63,294 nt of DNA, filler included, from Folioceros fuciformis (GCA_049999805.1; 9 parts of 9 records of this genome joined end to end with filler, not necessarily neighbours in it), one strand, 5' to 3'. Shown: positions 1-16,466, counted from the first letter of the whole stretch. Notes: generated by a model from the sequence alone, not told the origin. Numbers and translations are program-made.

Positions 1-1058
1 CTGCCTCCCTGCCTCTTCCCCTGCGCTGCTTGTGGTTTGCTTTCTTCCTTGTCACGTTCCGGGAGCGACTCACTCGCTCCTTCCAGCTAGCAGGTGTGAG
101 TGGCGCCTGCTGCTGTAGGCGAAGCTGTGGCAGCAGCACCACTCTCTCCTGCTCCAGTCCATGAAGGCCGTCTTTGCGGTTCGGCTTGCGCTGCTGCTCT
201 CTCGTTGTTCTCATGGGGGATCAGGCCCTGCTCATGACGAGGGAAGAAGTTCTCCTTCCCTCCCTCGGCCCGCTCGTGCTCGCGCCTGCCCACGGATGTC
301 GCCTGCGGTACCTGCCTACCTCTCTAAGCCTTTGGATGTGCGTCGTCGTCTGCCGTCTCGACAGATCTAGCTCCTCTGACTCTAACTTGTTTCTTCTCCA
401 GCTTCGCCGCGACTCCTTTGCGCCGGACTATTAAGCTTATGGCTCAGATTTGGAGCTCCGCCGTCATATGACTGTCATGTAAGTGNNNNNNNNNNNNNNN
501 NNNNNNNNNNNNNNNNNNNNNNNNNNNNNNNNNNNNNNNNNNNNNNNNNNNNNNNNNNNNNNNNNNNNNNNNNNNNNNNNNNNNNCTCTGCGCCTGCACT
601 CTCCGCATCATGTGTTTTGCATGTCCTCGTCTCTTTCCTCACCCTTCTTTGTGATGTACCAGGTGTCGTAGGCTCGCTGGCCGGCGGCATGTGTAGATTG
701 TAATGGTCAACGTAAAGCAGATGGGTATCAAGGGGTTGCAGTTTCGGCCCCGGGAAATTTCGTGCCACTGCATAGCGTAGGATGTGAATACATCTTGCTG
801 GGACAATTTACTCTTCTTGTGGGTAGCCGACGTCTGTGACGGGTCCATGGCTCCTCTTACGGGGGAGGAGGTAGTGTGCCCTTGGCTGTTGACAGTAGAA
901 GGCACTGTGTTGGAGAAGCACATGCAACAGATCTGGGATTGGAACAAGTGCCCAGGTTCAGATCAATCGGTGCTGTGTGCTTTTCCTCGTTTCCATCTTA
1001 ACACTATCCCTATCCCAACTTGCTGAAACCCATATATATACGCCAGCCGGTTGCCGAC

Positions 1059-4127
<3,069 letters not shown>

Positions 4128-4569
4128 TCGCGTCGTTGGACAGGGTTAGGGCGGCATAGTTTTGGGAAGGATCAGATCTGTGCGGAGTAGTGTGGCCGGT
4201 GCCTGTTTTGTGGCTGTCGCTCCGTCGTTGTACGGTTGATACTACTAGTGTGAAGACGTGGTTGGTTGGGAGCAACTGACGTATCCTTACCCCAGCCGTA
4301 ATATTAATGAGGAATACAATATTTACGGATGGCGACCTACTCCCCACCGTTTCCAAGCTGATGCCAGATAATTGTGGAGGTATGGGCTTCTAGTTAATTG
4401 AGACGGCTTACTCCTTTCGAGCCGAACAGAAACATCTTTGCACTTCTATGTGAAAACGTTTCACTGTTAGGTTTATTACAGTTGCAGACTAGTCTTTCCA
4501 CTCTTGCATTTTGGGCAAAGGGTTTCGTGGGGCTAGTCCCTGGTTTTAGTGAGTAGATGGGTTCCATCT

Positions 4570-7420
4570 CTTCTTTTATATTAGATTTTTTTATTTATCT
4601 TCAAGTTTTTATTAGGGGAAATAGAGATGGGAACAAATCATTTTTTCAGGGAGAGAAAGTTGACAACTGTTTATCATTAGGCGTATGCAGCTGTGAGGCT
4701 ATGACGTCGGAAAGTGANNNNNNNNNNNNNNNNNNNNNNNNNNNNNNNNNNNNNNNNNNNNNNNNNNNNNNNNNNNNNNNNNNNNNNNNNNNNNNNNNNN
4801 NNNNNNNNNNNNNNNNNTAGTAAGAGCCTTGAAACATCTGGATCCAAGTGTTGCGAGTGGCCATACACTGGCCAAGGATGTGGTGACGAGTTTCTTCTAA
4901 AGACCTGCATTTTCGACAAAAAGGATCCTCTGCAATGTTGAATCTCCTAAAGTAAGCCCCAATAGCCATATGCCCAGTCCAAAGCTGGGTGAGAAATGAT
5001 GAGAGCTTACGGTCATGGAGACCAAAGCATTGTAGCATCGAGGCCGAAGGGCCACCAAGCACCACCCTCTTAAGCGCAGAAGCCTTAGTTGAGGAAACCC
5101 ACCGTAAACGCCACTCCTGTAGACTTACAGCATGAATTTGCTAGTGAGCTCTGGACATTGATAGGATCCGGTCTTCGCGGGAAATGAGAAGAAGAGTAGC
5201 AGCCTTAGCGGTTAACCCTGCATGCTCATTACCAACTATATTGTGATGGCCCGGAATCCAGTGGAGATTAAGGGAAACCTCCAGATGAGCAATCGAGAAG
5301 GCATGGAGAGATGTCCTAGCTTGGAGAGATATGGCTTGGGCTGGGCGAGCCGAAGTGTCCGTTAAAGACATGATAGCTGCTTGATTATCAAGGAAAATTG
5401 AAATTGATGAAATCTTGGGGATGGAAGCAAAGAGGGTGGGCAGGCATGAAATTGCTTTGACCACAGAGAGGAGTTCTACCTCATAAACCCCGTAGTATGT
5501 TTCTAAACCAAAAGATAATTGATGGACAATATCCCCATTGAAGTAGAAAACAGCCGCACCCCTGGCATGACCATCTAGAAGAATGGCAAGGGCATCAGGA
5601 GTCAACAGATGTAGGGAATGTGACGCAATAGCAGAAGTGGGAGATTGTAAAATTACGATAGTTGTGGGTAAAGAAAGAGGAGAGGCCCAGGGAGGCACGA
5701 GTCGAGGAAAAATAGTCTCAATGGCAGTGGAGGTGGGCAGTCCTAAAGCGGAGTACAGAGTACTAGGGGAAAGAAGTGTGAGGCGACTGCGGATAGCATT
5801 GTGGTAGCATTTTTTGTAGTTAGCTGTAGGAAGAAAGACTTGATGAATGGGGTGAGAGGGAGGGCAGGAGACGTTGCAGAGGAGAGAACGGAGAGAATGG
5901 CGTTGGAGGCGCAACTCCGTGGGCAGAAGAAAACCTTCAAATTCCGGGGCATTAGTGGAGGTAGTTCGAAACGCACCAGTAATGGCCCTACAGGCTAGAC
6001 GTTGGACCCGTTGGAGGTGTTGAATGTGTGTACGACCTCCGTTGAACCAGATATTGTAGCCGTAATCGAGCTTGGGCAGGACAACACTGATGTATAGTTG
6101 TCGAAGAAGCTTGGCATTGAGGCCCCAAATTGAATTCCCAAGAGAGATTATAGCTGACAAAGTACGCATTGCGGAAGCCGAAACCTGATGAACATGCGTG
6201 TTCCAAGTTAACTTGGAATCCAAATAGAAGCCCAAAAACCTAATACCCTCAGAGGGAGTGATAAGGGACCATCAGGTAACGAAAGAGTATATTCCTTTCT
6301 TGATTCCTTACGCTTCAAGGAAAAATGAATAAGTTCAAACTTGTTAGAATCAAACTCCACGAGGTGCGTGGAGGCCAACTCCGATGCCACACGAAGCATA
6401 GCCTGAAGTTTTTTTGTAGACTTTTTGCATGAAGGAGCAGTGACATATGCCCCCGTGTCATCAATCCAGCTAGTGCCACCACCCATGGTTTGAAGTTGAG
6501 TGATGAGATTAGAAGTGAAGAATAGGAAAAGAATAGGCGAGATTGGCGAACCCTCGGGTAACCCACAACTGATGGGAGCAAGAGTGTCATATTGACCATC
6601 CAGGCAAAGTGTCATCGCCCGCTGAGACAGAAAGTGGAAGACCCAATGGATCAGCGGAGTTGGAAGGCCCTTTCTGCATAAGATAGATAAGAGAATCTGG
6701 TGGTTAACTGAGTCATATGCACCTTTGATATCCATGAGGAGCAGGGAGAGAACATGTCATTGACCCCAAGCCCGACGGATATCCTGAACAAGGAGAGCTG
6801 CTGCATCGCTTGTACTCCGACCAGGCCGACCCCCCAAATGATCGGAGGGAAGGAGGCCATGATTGTTCTCAACCAAGAAGGAGAGACGTGAAGCCATAAA
6901 ACCCTCTAGGGCCTTGCCTAAGCAATTAAGAAGAGCAATAGGGCGATATGAGCGGGGTAACGAATAATTAGCCCGATTGAGTTTGCGGAGAATGATGGTG
7001 AGCGAGTGACGCCACGTCAAAGGATGATAACCCAAAGTGGAGCAGGCCTGGAAGATATATAAGTAAAATTGTTTGAGGAGGTCCCAACCCCTCTGAAAAA
7101 AAACCTGCAGCAATAGTGTCCGGGCCTGCCGCTTTCCAGGCCTTCGCACCAAAGAGAGCCTACTGCACCTCGTGCAAAGCAGGGGTGGGCCATGGGAAAA
7201 GGGAAGCAGCGGACAGGGGAAGAGGAGGGGTGTCTGAAGAAGAGAGGAATAAAGCAGAACGGAGGACAACACACTTGGCAGCATGAGAGTAAGCAAGTGA
7301 CCTGTCTCCAGAGAGTAAAGGAGGAGTGAAAGACGAGGAAGCAGGTTTAGTGGAGCGATAAATCTTCCAAATATCCGAGCCGCTAGCCTCCATCAGAAAT
7401 TTCTTCCAACAACTGTTTCT
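4570..7420 (-). mobile_element. Non-LTR retrotransposon (I/Tad1-like LINE), RT + RNase H + C-terminal Zn finger, degenerate and 5'-truncated
   Basis: Frameshifted ORFs contain YRPIALLNCLGKALE, GGRPGRSTSDAA, DIKGAYDSV, GLPEGSPISPILF, WIDD, GFYLDSKLTW, RNase H LDNQAAI..HWIPGHHNIVGNEHA and CRKC..ETRHHILGQC. Confidence 0.9.
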
Positions 7421-10400
7421 TAATATTATAACAACATTGCATGATACTTTTATCTTGCAACGTTTTTTATAACTGGATTAAAGTACAAATAATTAAATAT
7501 TCAGTTCTAAAAGATGTTGAGTATGGAGTAAGGAAGTCTTTGCATATGGCTAGGCGTAGCTATGGGGGGAAATGTGTTTAAATGTAAAAGAAAAATCCAT
7601 TACATGCAACAATGTATGATTTTGTGCACGCATTATGATGTACTGGTGTGGCATACCAAAGAGGGAGGGGACGGGTTAGAATTATTTCTACAGTTCTATT
7701 GCACAGTATGAATGGTTTGCTGGTGAAAGTGAAAGTGTGGCCATCCTCCACCTCACAAGGAAAACATGGCTCTCACCTTAAAACTTCACTACCATGCTCT
7801 TATAGTTTGCTTTCCTTTCTTTCCTTCCTTTAAATCCTACACACATGTGCATGTTGTTAGTGGTAGTCCATACTAGCCTTGCTCAAGGACCCATCGATTT
7901 AAGATTGCTCTGCATACAATTGTCTTACCCCAATAAGTAGTGCAACCATTTGTAGTGGAAAAGCTTCATCATCGTTGGCATGAATACTACATGTAATGAG
8001 CTGACATACCACAATTTTACCAACTCTAGGTTGGCCTACAAGCCTTGCATGTATCCCTTTTTTTTTCAAGGATCTCCAAAAGTGTTCAATAATTTTTTTG
8101 TAAATTAAGCCACATGTACATTGGTGTCCTATTTATGTAAGGCGGCTACTACACATGATTCTTTACATGGAGTGCCATTGCCTCCAACCGCATTATCCGT
8201 AGAGTAGCATCTAATTTCCTTCTTGGCACCATGTGCCCGCGTCCAGTAATGTTTGCTTCACTACTCTTACCTCCCAAGTAATAGCATACTACTGTATAAG
8301 CGCAACCAAGTTCTCTAATGACCTTTGCAATCCAATGTATGCACCACTCCACCTAGGGGCACCGTACTATCCACCTACTTAGTGTCCCCATTGAGCACCC
8401 TATATTTGGATCCAACTCTTTCAATGCATCACTATGTTGGCACCTCTCCATTACAATACATTGTAGTGGAGAGGCCCTTTTAAGAATTATATAGTCCTTA
8501 TAGTGGCAAGAGGCTAAGGGCATACTCATAGCCGCTCCTTGGTCCACTTTTGTCCTTTTGTCATTGTATTTAGCTCAATTGAGTCCTCAATAGCATCATC
8601 GCTAGTTGTACTTGATGCTTTGTCTTCTTACAAACTTCCAATTGTGCTTGTGGTATCCATCTCTACTCTCGGGACAACACATCTTGTAGAAACTCTTCTT
8701 GACTTTACAGTCCCCTCGCCCTCCCAAAAGCGCCTCCTTTTCTCTTCACGTGCATGTGTTATGCATATAAGCCTTGGCTCGTGTNNNNNNNNNNATATAA
8801 GCCTTGGCTCGTGTTGTCATTTTCTCTTCACGTGCATGTGTGATGCATATAAGCCTTGGCTCGTGTTGTCATTTCTCACCCGCCTTGTGAGGCCCCTTTC
8901 CGCTATTGCCCTTGCCAACCCCCCTTGTCTCTACCTTTCCCTACACCGTTTCCCCACCACCACGAGCATGTGCCAGGTCAACCCCCACCTCACCTCCTAT
9001 CTACAGGCTATATCCTATCCCCAATCGTGTGAGTTTGTGAATTTGTGGGGTGTCTCTAGTACAGTCCAACGTTGTAGAATTCCCTCTACATAGCTGCAAA
9101 TGCACCACCCCCCTCCTATGCGTGCTTTCAAAAGGCAAAATTAGCGGGGTTACATTTTTCTTGCCATTCAATGGGCAAGGATCCCATCTCACGGACCCCA
9201 TATCCTTGGGGCCCAAACTTGCACTCTGATGGCTTGGCTGGGCACGTGCATGGCAAATAAAAACATAAGTCTTCTAGTAGCTAAGATACCACCACCACCC
9301 TCTTGATGTGGCAGACCATAGTTTGAATGATGCTCCAAGATTACACGTGCTACCTACAACACCTCCCCCTCCATAAACTTGCTCATCAAACTATCCATGA
9401 GGAGAATGTATAACTCTTGATTCTCCAGTAGAAGTAGTTCTCGACATTGTCATATTGTTGGTATACTCATGATTGTTCTAGCCTGTGTGATCGTCGTATC
9501 AAGTTTGTGCCCATTGTGCAATGCGATCATCACTCCAAGTTTGATAATTGAACTTGTGCACACATCACTATTGGATTCATTTGTGGAGGGTCCATATCCT
9601 ACGTGCTCTAGTCTACCCCTTCCCCACACAAACCACCCTTGCAAAATTTCATCAAAGAGCTTCATTCTCTTGCTCCCATTCTCTAATATAGAATGAGGGA
9701 GTTGCACTGTAGGCATGGTGTACATGACAGTTGCATCAAGTAGGTAATTGTTGTGGTCAAGAGATACAATGTACATTTAGGTCACATGTGTTGCGATGTA
9801 GACCATCACATTATGCTAGCATTTACCTCTCTTTGCCACCACACTATCACATCGTGTAGCGCAAGTGCAAACTCCATAACCTTGCATATCCCCTTGTCAT
9901 TCATCATGGGCTCTACATTAACCCACGAGGGTGGCACACTTGTGGGTTGATTGTGACATATCGTTCTCGCTACACCAAATGAATGCATGTGCCTAAAACT
10001 AAACCCCCATTCATCCTCACTTTGGCCCCCTCCTCCACCATATGCATGCTCTAGTGCCGAGTTGGGTCCTCCTCCTCAATTGGCATAGATGCCACTCTCT
10101 CATCCACAGCCAGGCAAACCAGCAGGGGAGGTAGTGTGAGAGTGAGAATCACTCCCCTAGAGACTCAAGCGCCACCCCCACCGGTGGAGGATAGCGTCGC
10201 TAAGCGATCTCAAAGTCTCCAGTCTGGCAGAGCTAGCAACATGCGAGTGACCCATGGTTTGTAGGAGGCTGAGCAACCTAGCCAATGCAGGAGGGCGCCT
10301 CCACCTGTGCAATCTCCTTATAATTACGATGAAACTATGGTTTTGAAGAGGTTGTTGGCACAAATTTAGGTAACAAACCTAGCGGAGAAGAGTTGGTGGC

Positions 10401-10642
10401 TGGTGCAAGAGGAGGAACTGGAGGACGAGGGGGATTTCTGGACTCCAATGTATAAGCTATTTGTCATGGGCTTCAAAGGCCCATATCCAAACCAGCGAGC
10501 AAGAGCATGGTGGTTGATTTGGGCAACTCTCGAGATGAATGTAAACGGATTGTGTGATGCCTATTTGCTATGCTCAACTAAGCCTTCCCAGTTCAAAGAC
10601 CTTGACACAAAGCTTGATGGGTACAAGAGTTTTTGGGTTTCA

Positions 10643-10863
10643 TGTTAAGATAAATAACCCCTTAGTTCGTTATCTATATAAGTACACGATGTTTTGTTAG
10701 GGTTAGTTTGGTAGAGTGAAGGGGCACCACCCCGTCCCACAACCCAAGTTATTCATATTGTACATTTTTGGATCATAATACTTACACATTCAAGTTTTGA
10801 CCACTTGTTGTTTTGCCTGTTCTCTTCCATCACCATGCTTATAGCATATATAGATTTCTGACA
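10643..10863 (+). repeat. 5' LTR of Copia 1 (221 bp, TG...CA)
   Basis: Runs TGTTAAGA...TTCTGACA, contains a TATATAA motif and is immediately followed by the PBS. Confidence 0.8.
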
Positions 10864-10875
10864 TGGTATCAGAGC
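10864..10875 (+). promoter_or_regulatory. Primer binding site (tRNA-iMet)
   Basis: TGGTATCAGAGC directly after the LTR terminal CA. Confidence 0.9.
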
Positions 10876-12345
10876 TCCGGTTATGGCAACTAGCTGGTAA
10901 AATTAGAATTCTGCAAGCTATCTAGAATTCGTGAAAGCATGAAGTATGGACTACATGCAGTATTCTGAGTCTACCACTACATAGTAGTTAATAACTGCTA
11001 TGTATAACTGCTACCCTTAACCCTTCTTAGACATAATATGTCTAAGAATCTCTTCCTTTAAATCTAGTAAGAAAGGTGGCAAAAAATAATATTGGGCATG
11101 CAATTTAGTAGCCAGGAACCCTCACAGCTCCTCAGTCGTGTGCTTAACATATTCTCGTCACTTGCACTTTAGATATGAGTTAGAGATATAAACAAACGAA
11201 GAACAACTTCCGCTGCACTTAAACTGGCTACCAGAGGATTGTATCCCTGAAGATGCCGAGTCGCAAAGCTTGCTGGCAACCACGCTCCAGGAGCCAGGCT
11301 TATAGGAATGCAGGAGATCTTTCTCAGCCCACCAAGTCGCATATGTTGGTCGGCCAATTTCTTGCATTAACCATAAGCCGAAACCTGATTAGCAATTTTC
11401 CGCGAGTGCCCCTCTCATCATCAAGGAGATTTGACCCTACCAGACAAGTTGAGTGTTGTGAGCATTACCGTTTAGGAGTGCAGATTGTCCCTACCCTGCC
11501 TGCAAATCCTTTGGAGCACACCTGCCCCGTGTGTGAGTGGCAAGTGCCATATGAGCTCATTTGACAAAAGGAAGACATCGAGCAAGTGAGTGCGCAAATA
11601 CACAACCTTGTAGCGGATGTGCAAAAGTTGAGCCAGCATCTGAGGGAGACCTTGGCGCTGGTTCTCGGATCGTGGAGCATGTGCCTACGATCCACAATCT
11701 TTTGAGATTTGCGATCAATTTCCAGGTGGTGGCAGCTTGTGCAAGCCTCTCGCAGATTTCCTCTGTGAAACTGGGAGTTGCGAATTGCCGCAGGCAATGG
11801 ACTCTCATAGGGCTTCACCTGGCCCCCTAATCACAAGCAATGGAGAGGCACATTAGACTTTGTGGTTGTTGCATCCCCTTGATTCTATGGTGTGTACCGG
11901 CGTGGAAGAAGTTCGTGACTCCAAGCAGCAAACAAGCACGAGAGGAGTAGCTACTTACCTTGTCGAGAGCCGGCAGACTCTTCTAACGAAGAGTGGCATT
12001 GGGAAAACGGTTGTTCTCCCCCTTCTACTGATCCGATTAGAAGTGATGGCCGTCTTCTAAGAAGAGTTCTACACCTTCTACATCGTCTTCACCATCGCCA
12101 CCTCCCAACACACCAAGCACCCAACGTCAGCGCATGCCTCCACCTCCGCCTTATGTCCTCCTACCACTTGCATTCATGCAGCCTGCATACTCAACCGATT
12201 TCAAAGAAAAAGATTGCTTTAACGACACGAAGTATGAGGTCTGGAGTGTTAGGATGCGATCTGCTTTGGAGGCACGGAATGTTTGGAGTGTGGTATTTGG
12301 AGCTTTGCCTCCACCTAATGGCAAGTGATGCAAAAAAGGAAAGAT

Positions 12346-12609
12346 TGTTGGAGAAAGATAGGTTTAGCGCCGACAGATACCCGTAACTTAATTTAGGGCA
12401 CGTTTCATAGACATGCTAGTTAGGTATAGCGTAGTGGTTAAAGAAGTTAAGTAAGGTACTCAAGTTATTAACACATTAATCGTAGTAATAACTAAATACA
12501 CTTGTATAAAAACTCATATCATCAATGTTCAAAGNNNNNNNNNNTTGTATAAAAACTCATATCATCAATGTTCAAAGTATCAATTCCGAGCGATTCTTGT
12601 CGCGCTACA
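12346..12609. mobile_element. Solo LTR nested in Copia 1 gag
   Basis: TGTTGG...CTACA, flanked by the 5-bp TSD AAGAT (12341-12345 and 12610-12614); AT-rich. Confidence 0.88.
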
Positions 12610-13515
12610 AAGATGGGGCAATACAAACAACGTTGCCCGTGCCTTCCTGATCAGTGGTCTTGATGAAGTCTTGGTTCTGGATGTTGCTTACCTGACTAAG
12701 GCATCTGAAATTTGGAATCAGCTCTCACAAACATAAGAGGTGAAGAACATTCCTACCTTATGTGCTGTTCGTGGAGAGCTGTTTTCTCTGAGGATGCGGG
12801 AAGGCGAGAAGGCTGCAACTTTTGTTGGCAAGTTTCGTCATCTCCGTTCTCAACTGATTTCACTTGGCTCCACCATAAGTGAACTTGATGTTGTTGCTTA
12901 ACTCTTGACAAGCTTGCCTGAAAGTTATCAGCTTTTTGTCTCTAGTTACGGAGCTTCTCTTCGTAATGCAAGAGTGGCTATAGCTATAGGACGACTAAGC
13001 ACCATTAGTTTTACAGACGTAGTTGGTGCACTTTTTCAAGAAGAGCTAAGTAAGGCTAAAGTCATGATTGAGGACATACAAAGACAGACAAAGTTTTGTA
13101 TGCATCAAAAGGGAAATAACTAAAGAACAAAAACTCTCCTCGTTCTGGATCTCCCAAATCAGGACAACCCAAGATATCTGGGTCTTGCAACTGGTGTGGT
13201 GCACAAGGGCACTAGGAAAGGGAATGCAGAAAGAAGAAATTTGGTGAACCACAGAAAGCCGAGAAGTCCTCTAAGCAGGCATACGCACACGCCATCACCA
13301 TGGATTGGCCTCTTCAGGCCACCACTTCTTCTAAGCATCCCGTGGTTATGACTGCTTGTCTCTCCACCTCCTCAAGTGACTGTGATAGCTGGTACCTCGA
13401 CTTGGGTGCTACCTCACACATATGCAAGGACAAGGCATTGATGAGTAATTTCACACTAGCAAGTACAGCTGAACGAGTGCTGTTAGGTGATGAACACACT
13501 CACACTGGCCTGAAG

Positions 13516-13702
13516 TGTAAATCCTCAAGTGGGAGCGGAAAACTTGCTTGAGTTCTTGTGACTTGATTAATTAACAATGATGTACAAAAATATTTTAAAT
13601 ACGACATCTTTGTGTCTTTTGACGTTTTAACCCTAAGTCGAATGACCACTATATATATGACGTTATGTTTAGGTTTAACTAGGATAAACGTCTATCATAA
13701 CA
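13516..13702. mobile_element. Solo LTR nested in Copia 1 protease region
   Basis: TGTAAA...ATAACA, flanked by the TSD TGAAG (13511-13515 and 13703-13707); host protease-like sequence resumes after it. Confidence 0.88.
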
Positions 13703-16115
13703 TGAAGATCCTTGGTACTAGTACTTGTTCTTTTTGACTTGCTGATGAAAGTATGCTCTACCTTGATCATGTGCTTTACGTACCTGCAATGGCCAAGCAT
13801 TTAATATCACTAAGCTAGCTTATGAGTCTTTGTCGTTTTTATATGCTATTCACATCCACTGGTTGTGTTCTAACCATTAAGGGGTCACCTACACGCATAG
13901 TGGCAAAGGGGGTGCGCTTTAATGACCTGTACAAACTTCACATGGTCTGTTGCTGTCCACCTAGCTTGCACATGGCAAAGAAATATCATGTTGTTCAAGC
14001 ACAATTATGGCACGCCAGGCTTGGTCATGCCAATAAATAGAAGCTGGTAAAGATGTCTTCTATGGACTGCTACCGTGAACCCCTTCCAACATGTTTTAAG
14101 GAACTCCCTTTGTGCAATGCATGTGTGATTGCTAAGCAAAAGGAGTTGCCTTCCCTGGCTACTCTAGCTTACAGAACTATGCATGTTCTTGACCTGGTGC
14201 TTGCCAACAGTTCGGGTAAGATTCATGTTTCCTCTCTAGGAGGAGCTTCTTATTATCTTACTCTCACCTATGACTACAGCTGTTATTCCTGGACTTTTCC
14301 TATGAAGGCAAAGTTAGACACTTTCCCTCTATTCTAGGAATGGGTTACTATGATTCATCAGCAAATTGGTCGACTCTTGCATTGCTTGCATTTTGATAAT
14401 GGTACTGAGTTTAAAATGCTCCCTTTGATCAGTTCCTGGCAGCTCAAGGGATCATTAGACAGCTCATCAGTCCATATACCCAGCAACAAAACGGGGTAGT
14501 AGAATGATGCAATCATAATTTACTCGAAATGACATGCAACATGCTTGCTTGGTCCGGGTTGAGTAAGGCTTATTGGGGAGAGGCAGTTGTCACTGCTACT
14601 TACATTCTCAACAGGCTGATCACTTCAGCTGTTGTTGGGAAGACTCCGTATGAGCTCATGTGGGGAAGAAAGCCGAGTACTTTGCATCTTCATCTGTTCG
14701 GTTCACCTGCTTATGCCTATGTTCCCTTTGAGTTGCATCGAAAATTGCAGGACAGGGCCAAGACTTTGGTTTTTGTTGGCTACGGGGAGGAAGCTAAAGC
14801 TTATAAGCTCTATGATCCTTCTGCTCATCAGTCTATCCTTGCTCGTAGTGTCACGTTCAAGGAACTTTGGCAGCCTGCCAAGCCTCATTTCTGGGATGTT
14901 GTCTCTCATTCTCTTGATACTACACGTTCTAATCCTCTTGCTGATATGGATGACCTGGATTCATATGATCTTTCAGTTTATCTGCAGGATCAGTCAGTTG
15001 TAGCTTCAGGGGGTGAATTTGATGAACCCCGTACTGCTTATGAACCTGCTACTATGGATGTCTCTGCTACTGTGTCTAGCTCTGAGCACCTCAAGGCTAG
15101 GGCTACTGGTGTTGATGACCATGCTGAAGCTGTTGTCCTTGATAATACTTCTAAGGTTTATTCCCAGGATGATGGTGATATCGACCAAGCTGTGATTTCT
15201 AATGAGGATTTTCAGCTTGTCGACGAGGCTCCTGTAGTAGTTGTTCTAGCATTAGTTTATGAGCCTGTAGTGCCTGCTGAACTAAATGCATGTACCCTTC
15301 GAGATATAGACCTCCTATGGATCAATGGATAGAAGTACCTTATGCAGCAGTTGGCTAGCGAATTCCCCGTGCATCTAGTGTAAGTCGTGACTCCGTTGAC
15401 CTAGGTATAGGCCATCCTCCAGAGCCTCACACATATTAGGAGGCCATTACAGGCAAAGACAAGGATAAGTGGATCCCTTCTATCAAAGAGATTCTCTCAT
15501 AAAAAATGGGACATGGGACCTTTGTCCTTTACCTGCTGATCGAAAAGCTGTGAGTTGCAAGTGGGTGTTTAAGCACAAGCTTAATGCACAAGGCCAAATA
15601 GCTAGATACAAGTCTAAACTAGTGGCTCGTGGTTTTTCTCAGGTTGCAAGTGTAGATTACACAGAGACCTTCAGCCCTGTTAAAACCCAATCAATTAGGC
15701 TTATTCTAGCACTTGCAGTTGCTCGAGATCGGGACTTGGAGCAAATGAACGTATCCACACCATTCCTTTACGGGGAGTTAGAAGAAGATATATTTATGGA
15801 GTAGCCCGAAGGCTTCGTGGATCCTGAACATCGCACATGGGCTTGTAGTTGAAGAAAACCATGTATGGCCTAAAGCAAAGTGCACGTGAGTGGTATAAGA
15901 CCATAGATGCCTACCTGAAGTCCATTGGTTTTCTCTAGAACCTTGCAAATTCCAACGTTTGTGTATTTTAAAGATGGCCACATGGTGTTGCTAGCTCTTT
16001 ATGTTGATGATGCAATTCTAGTATCTGACAATCGTGAGCTGTTAAACTAGGTTAAGCAGATGCCCCACAAACAATATGATATGAAGGATATAGGGACAAT
16101 CAGCTTTGTGCTTAA

Positions 16116-16154
16116 TGTTAGATGAATAATAGATTGTACCCCGTCCTAGGGTTA
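16116..16154 (+). repeat. Probable start of another LTR inserted in Copia 1 RT
   Basis: RT-like sequence stops abruptly at TGTTAGATG..., which resembles the other LTR starts; it is truncated by the spacer. Confidence 0.45.
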
Positions 16155-16254
16155 NNNNNNNNNNNNNNNNNNNNNNNNNNNNNNNNNNNNNNNNNNNNTT
16201 AATTAATTAANNNNNNNNNNNNNNNNNNNNNNNNNNNNNNNNNNNNNNNNNNNN
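16155..16254. other. Artificial scaffold-joining spacer (N44-TTAATTAATTAA-N44); others at 24707-24806, 27084-27183, 29505-29604, 36770-36869, 44079-44178, 55678-55777 and 60627-60726
   Basis: Identical 100-bp construct with stops in all six frames, repeated eight times. Confidence 0.98.
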
Positions 16255-16337
16255 GTATCAAAGTGGTGTGGTCGCCGCCAACAGTTTGATAAACATGTAC
16301 GCGAAGTGTGGCAGTTTCGAGCATGCTCGGACCTCGT
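16255..16337 (+). pseudogene. PPR gene fragment
   Basis: Translates YQSGVVAANSLINMYAKCGSFEHAR, a PLS-class PPR motif. Confidence 0.7.
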
Positions 16338-16466
16338 AAGGTGTAGCACCCTATTCCGCTTCCTCGTGTTGTCAGCCACCTTGGTAAACTCCCCTCCCCT
16401 CCCCGGTTGCTCGCTTCATGTCTATTTGGACCTCATCTTCCAGCTCCAGCTGACTCATACCCTTCC

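Larger units (their letters stand above)
10643..16115 (+). mobile_element. Ty1/Copia LTR retrotransposon 1, degenerate, 3' end lost at scaffold end
   Basis: 5' LTR and PBS, gag (FNDTKYEVWSVRM), protease (WYLDLGATSHIC), GAG-pre-integrase (LWHARLGH), integrase (YWGEAVVTATYILNR) and RT (CKWVFKHK..LVARGFSQ), with many stops. Confidence 0.93.

Noticed and set aside
7420-10640. Possible decayed Gypsy gag/protease and LINE endonuclease relics (e.g. MNVNGL at ~10535)
   Set aside because: Motifs are too degraded to support a call.
16199-16210. Recurring TTAATTAATTAA palindrome as a biological repeat or recombination site
   Set aside because: It is always centred in exactly 44+44 Ns and is an artificial six-frame-stop linker.
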